NCBI GenBank assembly: GCA_963813535.1
Contig: CAWEZH010000003.1
Location: 672,001-736,000 of the forward strand
Reading direction: 5' to 3'
Source of the DNA: an uncultured Chloroflexia bacterium
GTDB lineage: Bacteria; Chloroflexota; Limnocylindria; Limnocylindrales; CSP1-4
DNA length: 64,000 bases
The translations under genes and the position numbers were made by a program. The notes under the pieces were generated by a model, which did not search any database, was not told where the DNA came from, and worked only from the letters and a program-made list of their open reading frames with translations. Below, in pieces: positions 58,583-64,000 of this stretch. Position 1 is the stretch's first letter; each line of letters starts with the position of its first letter.

Positions 58583-59947
58583 TCAGGGCCGGTCGAGCAC
58601 CACGCGTCCGCGCTTGATGACGGTGCGGACGAGGTCGGCACCCGGGTGGTATGGGATCCGCTTGCTGGTCGGGACCCGCCAGATCACCAGGTCCGCGGCC
58701 TTGCCCGGTTCGATCGACCCGATCTCGTCCTCGAGGGCCAGCGCGCGGGCCGCGTTGATGGTCACGGCCGCGAGGGCTTCGTCGGGGGTCATGCGCAGGT
58801 TGACGCAGGCGAACGACATCGCAAGGGTCAGGTTCGGTGTCGGCGACGTCCCGGGGTTGAAGTCCGACCCGATGGCGACCGGGACGCCCGCCTCGATGAA
58901 CGCCCGAGCCGGCGCGTGGTGATCCTTCATCAGGAACCACGTCGTGACCGGCAGGAGGGTCGCGACCACAGGATCGTCGGCATCCGCGGCGGCGCCCATC
59001 GCCGCGATCCCCTCGAGCGACGGGGAGGCGAGGTGGTCGGCCGAGGCCGCCCCGATCTCCGCCGCGAGCTCGGCGCCGCCGGACGGTGCCAGCTCGTCGG
59101 CATGCAGTCGAGGCAACAGCCCATAGGCGCGGGCCGCCTCGAGGATGCGTCGCGAATGGTCGGCGCTGAAGACGCCCTCCTCGCAGAAGACGTCCGCGAA
59201 CCGCGCTCGACCATGGGCGGCGATGCCCGGCAGCTGTTCGTCGAGCAGGTGCCGGATATAGGCGTCGACGCCGTCCGGGCGCGATCGGAACTCGGGCGGC
59301 ACGGCATGGGCACCCAGCCACGTCGGGACGACCTCGATGGGGCCCTCTCGCCCGAGCCGGTAGGCGACCTCGATGAGCCGGAGCTCCGTCTCCAGGTCGA
59401 GGCCGTACCCGGACTTCGCCTCCACCGTGGTGACGCCGTGGGTGAGCATCTCGTCGAGCCAGCGCCGGCCATGGATCAACAGATCGGATTCCGATGCGGC
59501 GCGGGTCGCCGCGACGGTCGACAGGATCCCGCCGCCCGCCGCGAGGATGTCGAGATATGACGCCCCCTGCTGGCGGAGGACCAACTCGTCCTCGCGGGAC
59601 CCCGCGAAGAGCAGATGGGTGTGCGGGTCGATCAGGCCGGGTGTCACCGATCCACCGGCTGCGTCGACCCGTGCGAACCGGGCGAGCGGCAGGCCATCCG
59701 CCTCGAGCTCGGCCTCCACGCCGTCTCGCGGGCCGACGGCGGCGATGCGCCCCTCCCAGACGGCGACGACGGGTGCATCGGGCGATGCCGGGTCCTCGGC
59801 GGGCAACCGCGCCACATCGCCCTGCAACGGTCCGCGGCGGATCCCGCCGGCGAGGGTGACGACCTCGCTTGCCCCGACGATGAGCAGACCGGGCGTGACC
59901 TCGCCCGTCCGCCCGCCTTCGATGACGCGGAACGGACCGCCGCTCAT
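58583..59947 (-). CDS. hutI: Imidazolonepropionase
   Basis: PGLIDPHTH, EAKSGYGL, DVFCE, HADE, SDFNPG. Confidence 0.95.
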   Translation of the reverse strand: MSGGPFRVIEGGRTGEVTPGLLIVGASEVVTLAGGIRRGPLQGDVARLPAEDPASPDAPVVAVWEGRIAAVGPRDGVEAELEADGLPLARFARVDAAGGSVTPGLIDPHTHLLFAGSREDELVLRQQGASYLDILAAGGGILSTVAATRAASESDLLIHGRRWLDEMLTHGVTTVEAKSGYGLDLETELRLIEVAYRLGREGPIEVVPTWLGAHAVPPEFRSRPDGVDAYIRHLLDEQLPGIAAHGRARFADVFCEEGVFSADHSRRILEAARAYGLLPRLHADELAPSGGAELAAEIGAASADHLASPSLEGIAAMGAAADADDPVVATLLPVTTWFLMKDHHAPARAFIEAGVPVAIGSDFNPGTSPTPNLTLAMSFACVNLRMTPDEALAAVTINAARALALEDEIGSIEPGKAADLVIWRVPTSKRIPYHPGADLVRTVIKRGRVVLDRP

Positions 59948-60948
59948 GACGATCCGGGGCCGTCGCCCGGGCTCGCGGTGCTCATGCCGGCCCGGGCAGC
60001 CTCGAGTCGTCGCTCGAGGATCTGCATCGGCGAGTGATCGCGGAGACGGATGTACTCGGCAGCGGCGGCAAGCCGTTCGTCGATGCCGCCAACGGCCTCG
60101 GCATGTGCGGCGATCGCCTCGAACGCCGCTTGCGGCGCCAGCCCGATGAGCTCCGACTCCGCCGGCCGGACGCCGTCCTCCGCGGCGAGCTCGCGCACGA
60201 CGTCCCAGACCAGCCACAGGGGGGTGACCTCGAAGTCGAGGAGGTTCATCGAGACCTGGGCACGGGGCGGATGGCCTCGTTCGGGCTCGTGGACCTCGAA
60301 GCCGTTCGCCTGGAGCTTCGGTAGTCCCCCGCCGGATTCGCGGACCCGGCGTGCGATCCTCTTGGCGAGATCGACATCGTCGGAGTCGAGGTTGATGTTG
60401 TAGGCGATGAGGAACGGGCGCGCGCCGACCGCTACAGCACCGGCGGATGGATGGAGTCGTGTCGGCCCGAAGTCCGGCTCGCGGCCGCGCTGACCGATCT
60501 CCTCCTTGAGCCCCTCGTACTGACCGCGCCGAACGTCGGCCAGGCGCTCGCGGTCGGGGCGTCGAGCGGCGCGAGCGTAGAGGTAGACGGGCAGGTCGAA
60601 GCGCGTCGCGACCCGCTCCCCGAAGCGTCGGGCGAGGTCGATCACCTCGTCCATGGTCGACGACCCGAGCGGGATGAAGGGGATGACGTCGACCGAGCCG
60701 ATGCGCGGATGCTCACCCTCGTGGGCGTCCATGTCGATCTCGTGGATCGCCCCTGCAAGGAGCCGCTCGAGGGCCTCGCTGACCGCGGCGTCGTCGCCGG
60801 CCATCGTGAAGACCGAGCGGTTGTGGCTCGCGTCGCTCGTGCGGTCGAGGAGGGCGACCTCGGGGACGGACGTGATCGCATCGGCAAGCCGGTCGACCAC
60901 GTCGATCCGGCGCCCCTCGGAGACGTTCGGGACCGACTCGACGAGCAC
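59944..60948 (-). CDS. ftcD: Glutamate formimidoyltransferase
   Basis: ESVPNVSEGR, HNRSV, HPRIGSVDV, LIAYNINL, QVSMNL, SELIGL. Confidence 0.9.
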   Translation of the reverse strand: MLVESVPNVSEGRRIDVVDRLADAITSVPEVALLDRTSDASHNRSVFTMAGDDAAVSEALERLLAGAIHEIDMDAHEGEHPRIGSVDVIPFIPLGSSTMDEVIDLARRFGERVATRFDLPVYLYARAARRPDRERLADVRRGQYEGLKEEIGQRGREPDFGPTRLHPSAGAVAVGARPFLIAYNINLDSDDVDLAKRIARRVRESGGGLPKLQANGFEVHEPERGHPPRAQVSMNLLDFEVTPLWLVWDVVRELAAEDGVRPAESELIGLAPQAAFEAIAAHAEAVGGIDERLAAAAEYIRLRDHSPMQILERRLEAARAGMSTASPGDGPGSS

Positions 60949-60992
60949 CCGCTGATGCTACTCGGCGCCGCGCGCCGCCGATGGCCGACCGC

Positions 60993-62663
60993 TCAGCGGT
61001 CCTCGAGCATCGGGACGTGGACGCCTCGCTCACGGGCGACCTCGATCGCCCGGTCATAGCCGGCATCGACGTGGCGCAGGACCCCCATCGCCGGATCCGT
61101 CGTGAGCACGCGCTCGAGCTTCTGGGCCGCGAGCGGGGAGCCATCCGCGACCACGACCATGCCGGCATGCTGCGAGAAGCCGATGCCCACGCCGCCACCG
61201 TGGTGGATCGACACCCATGACGCTCCGGCGGCCGTGTTGACGAGCGCGTTCAGCAGCGGCCAGTCAGCCACGGCGTCGGTGCCATCCGCCATCGCCTCGG
61301 TCTCCCGGTTCGGCGAGGCGACCGAACCGGCGTCGAGATGGTCGCGGCCGATGACGATCGGAGCGCTGACCTCACCCGATGCGACGAGCTCGTTGAAGGC
61401 TAGGCCGGCGCGTGACCGTTCCCCATACCCGAGCCAGCAGATGCGGGCCGGCAGGCCCTGGAACGGGACACGGGCCTCGGCAATCTCGATCCAGCGCCGG
61501 AGCCCGGCATCGTCGGGGAAGAGCTCGAGGACGGCGCGGTCGGTCCGAGCGATGTCGGCAGGATCGCCCGACAGCGCCGCCCAGCGGAACGGGCCCCGGC
61601 CCTCGCAGAACTGCGGCCGGATGAACGCCGGGACGAACCCCGGGTAGTCGAACGCGTCGGCGACGCCAGCGTCCTTGGCTTGCGCCCTGAGGTTGTTGCC
61701 GTAGTCGAAGACGATCGCGCCTGCACGCTGGAACTCGAGCATCGCCCTGACATGGGCGGCCATCGCGGCCGTCGACCGTCGCTCGTACTCGGCCGGCTGG
61801 GTCCTGCGGAGGGTGAGCGCGTCATCCAGCGAGATCTCGGCCGGCACGTAGCCGGCCAGCGCGTCATGGGCGGATGTCTGGTCCGTCACCAGGTCGAAGC
61901 GCTCCCCCGCCGCGGCCCAGCCAGGTTCGATCTCGGCGGCATTGCCGACCAGCGCGATCGAAGTCGCTTCACCTGCGCCGGCGCCGGCACGCGCCCAGGC
62001 GAGGGCCTCCGCCGGCTCGTGCGTCAACCGGTCGACGTACCCGATGTCGAGGCGGCGCTGGGCCCGTGCCGGGTCGACCTCGATGGCGAGACACACCCCC
62101 TCGTTCATCGTCACGGCCAGGGGCTGTGCACCGCCCATCCCGCCCAGTCCCGCCGTGAGGGTGATCGTCCCGCGCAGTGTCCCACCGAAATGCTGGCGAG
62201 CGGCCTCGGCGAAGGTCTCGTACGTTCCCTGCAGGATCCCCTGGGTCCCGATGTAGATCCAGGAGCCGGCGGTCATCTGGCCGTACATCATCAAGCCGGC
62301 GCGCTCGAGCTCGCGGAAATGCTCCCAGGTCGCCCAGCGACCGACGAGGTTCGAGTTGGCGATCAGGACCCGGGGTGCCCACTCGTGGGTGCGGAGCACC
62401 CCGACGGGCTTGCCGCTCTGGACGAGTAGCGTCTCGTCGTCGGCAAGGACCCGCAACTCGCGGACGATGGCGTCGAACGCGTCCCAGTCGCGTGCCGCCT
62501 TGCCGGTCCCGCCATAGACGACGAGGTGGTCGGGGTCCTCGGCGACCTCCGGGTCGAGGTTGTTCATCAGCATCCGCAACGCGGCTTCCTGCGCCCAACC
62601 ACGGCACGTCAACTCGGGGCCACGCGGCGCGCGGACGGGACGCGGGCCGGCGCTGGTCGTCAT
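60993..62663 (-). CDS. hutU: Urocanate hydratase
   Basis: [42 protein letters not shown]. Confidence 0.97.
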   Translation of the reverse strand: MTTSAGPRPVRAPRGPELTCRGWAQEAALRMLMNNLDPEVAEDPDHLVVYGGTGKAARDWDAFDAIVRELRVLADDETLLVQSGKPVGVLRTHEWAPRVLIANSNLVGRWATWEHFRELERAGLMMYGQMTAGSWIYIGTQGILQGTYETFAEAARQHFGGTLRGTITLTAGLGGMGGAQPLAVTMNEGVCLAIEVDPARAQRRLDIGYVDRLTHEPAEALAWARAGAGAGEATSIALVGNAAEIEPGWAAAGERFDLVTDQTSAHDALAGYVPAEISLDDALTLRRTQPAEYERRSTAAMAAHVRAMLEFQRAGAIVFDYGNNLRAQAKDAGVADAFDYPGFVPAFIRPQFCEGRGPFRWAALSGDPADIARTDRAVLELFPDDAGLRRWIEIAEARVPFQGLPARICWLGYGERSRAGLAFNELVASGEVSAPIVIGRDHLDAGSVASPNRETEAMADGTDAVADWPLLNALVNTAAGASWVSIHHGGGVGIGFSQHAGMVVVADGSPLAAQKLERVLTTDPAMGVLRHVDAGYDRAIEVARERGVHVPMLEDR

Positions 62664-62672
62664 GCGGTCAGG

Positions 62673-63290
62673 CTACTCGGTCAATCCGGCGACGACTCGC
62701 TCGCCGAAACCCCCGTCCCCGGCGCCCTGCATCGAGACGATGACGTCGCTGTCGGGGAGGTGGACGTGGTACGTGCGGACGCCGCCGGCACACGTCCCGA
62801 CGTATGTCCGGCGTCCACCGATGTCGACCTCGGCCCGGCCGTCGACCCCGCCGGCCTGCTCGCACACGGCGGTGTCGAAGGTGTCGCGCCAACCTCGGTA
62901 GAACAGGTCGCCGAACTGCCCGGGTTTCAGCCGAGCCACGGTGACGACGACATAGTCGGTGTTCGCATCCGTGGCGAGCGGAGCGAAGGCGGCCGCGATG
63001 GCGATGGCGGAGACGAACGGCGCGATCGACGGCTCGGCGGCGATCTCGGCAGCCGTGGCCGCATCGGGCTGCAGCGGGACACCGGCAACGTCGCGCGGCA
63101 GCAACTCGAGGAGTGACGGGTCGACGACGACCGCCGCGCCGGGTGACGCCGGGGACGAGCTCGCGTCCCCCGTGGGCGCGGTGGTGGGCGACGGCGTCAC
63201 AGTCGGCGGGGGCGGGGAGGGACGTGGCGGGATGCACGCGGCCAGACTCATGAGGACGACGAGAAGGATCGTGAGACGCCGACCCGTCAC
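62673..63290 (-). CDS. Lipoprotein of unknown function
   Basis: Lipobox LAAC; GTGA overlap with the upstream gene. Confidence 0.75.
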   Translation of the reverse strand: MTGRRLTILLVVLMSLAACIPPRPSPPPPTVTPSPTTAPTGDASSSPASPGAAVVVDPSLLELLPRDVAGVPLQPDAATAAEIAAEPSIAPFVSAIAIAAAFAPLATDANTDYVVVTVARLKPGQFGDLFYRGWRDTFDTAVCEQAGGVDGRAEVDIGGRRTYVGTCAGGVRTYHVHLPDSDVIVSMQGAGDGGFGERVVAGLTE

Positions 63291-64000
63291 GCGAGCTCGC
63301 GACGCATGACCGGGAAGCGCTCGTCGGGGGCCGCGACCCGAAACCCGACCGACTCCCAGAAACCCGGGGTCGCTGCGCTCGTCGCGTCCGGTCGCGCGCC
63401 GAGCGCAGGGTAGGTCTCGACGGCGGCGAACCCACGCCGGCCGAGGTCCTCGCACACGTCTTCGACCATCGACCGGGCAAGCCCCCGGTCCCGCGCTGCG
63501 GACGTCGAGGCGATGCAGGTGATGACGGCGGGCAGCGGCGCCTCGGGCAGGGCCGGGTACAGGTCGCGCGTGCGCTGGGCTCGCGGATACGCCGTCAGCG
63601 GGCCGAACTGGCAGTACACCGCCGGCACGTCATCGAGCAGGAGCACCTTCGCGTAGCTCCCCGACACTGCCAGCCCCCGCGCGAGGAGGCGGAGCTTCGG
63701 CGGGGCCCCAGCGGCGACGGTCGGCTGCGGAGCACGCTCCGGCGCGAATGGGTTGTCGTCCGCTTCGTCATCACCGCTCAGGAACGGATTGATCGATCCA
63801 CCGCCGGCGCCGGGCGGAGCGAACGGGTTCGAGGATCGCTCCTCGAGATCGGCGAGGAACGGGTTGGCCGCCTTGGGCCGCGGTGGCGGGTCGGACTCGG
63901 TGGCGGGAGGCTCCAGCCAGGCGAGTCGGATCGCCTTCGACCCGCGGTCGGCGTCCTCCCAGTAGTCGCACGAGCGATGGTCGAAGGTCGGATCGGCGCA
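63287..64000 (-). CDS. GNAT-like acetyltransferase with an NPF-repeat insert (5' end beyond the window)
   Basis: Frame open from 64000: CDYWE..YCQFGP..ITCI..RDRGLA..AVETYP..FWESVGF. Confidence 0.75.
   Translation of the reverse strand, partial: CADPTFDHRSCDYWEDADRGSKAIRLAWLEPPATESDPPPRPKAANPFLADLEERSSNPFAPPGAGGGSINPFLSGDDEADDNPFAPERAPQPTVAAGAPPKLRLLARGLAVSGSYAKVLLLDDVPAVYCQFGPLTAYPRAQRTRDLYPALPEAPLPAVITCIASTSAARDRGLARSMVEDVCEDLGRRGFAAVETYPALGARPDATSAATPGFWESVGFRVAAPDERFPVMRRELA

Overview
GC-rich bacterial chromosomal window of mostly core and metabolic genes. The gene set and style suggest a Chloroflexota such as Ca. Limnocylindria, but that is inference only. Contents: tandem ArsR/SRPBCC modules; YciI plus ECF42-like sigma; LigD-type Prim-Pol and LigC; GGDEF/HD-GYP plus an Ig-like surface protein; aceA with a divergent LysR; rplY; OmpR/HAMP-kinase/HtrA; folC-folP-folB; PknB-like kinase; galU; tRNA-Glu; a maltodextrin locus (LacI, MalEFG, two GH13); tdh-kbl; argS; hutU-ftcD-hutI. 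No mobile element or CRISPR array is visible. About six single-base frameshifts, one in argS, look like assembly indels. Most interesting signals: (1) a ~190-nt highly structured minus-strand intergenic RNA candidate (52868-53058) whose promoter closely resembles that of the neighbouring LPxTD-tailed surface-protein gene; (2) a ~80-nt stand-alone sRNA candidate carrying CCUCCCUCCCUCC (anti-Shine-Dalgarno) in a region where many genes appear leaderless; (3) probable CTG starts in CTGA overlaps; (4) several small Cys/His-rich proteins of unknown function; (5) a GNAT-like protein with four NPF motifs.
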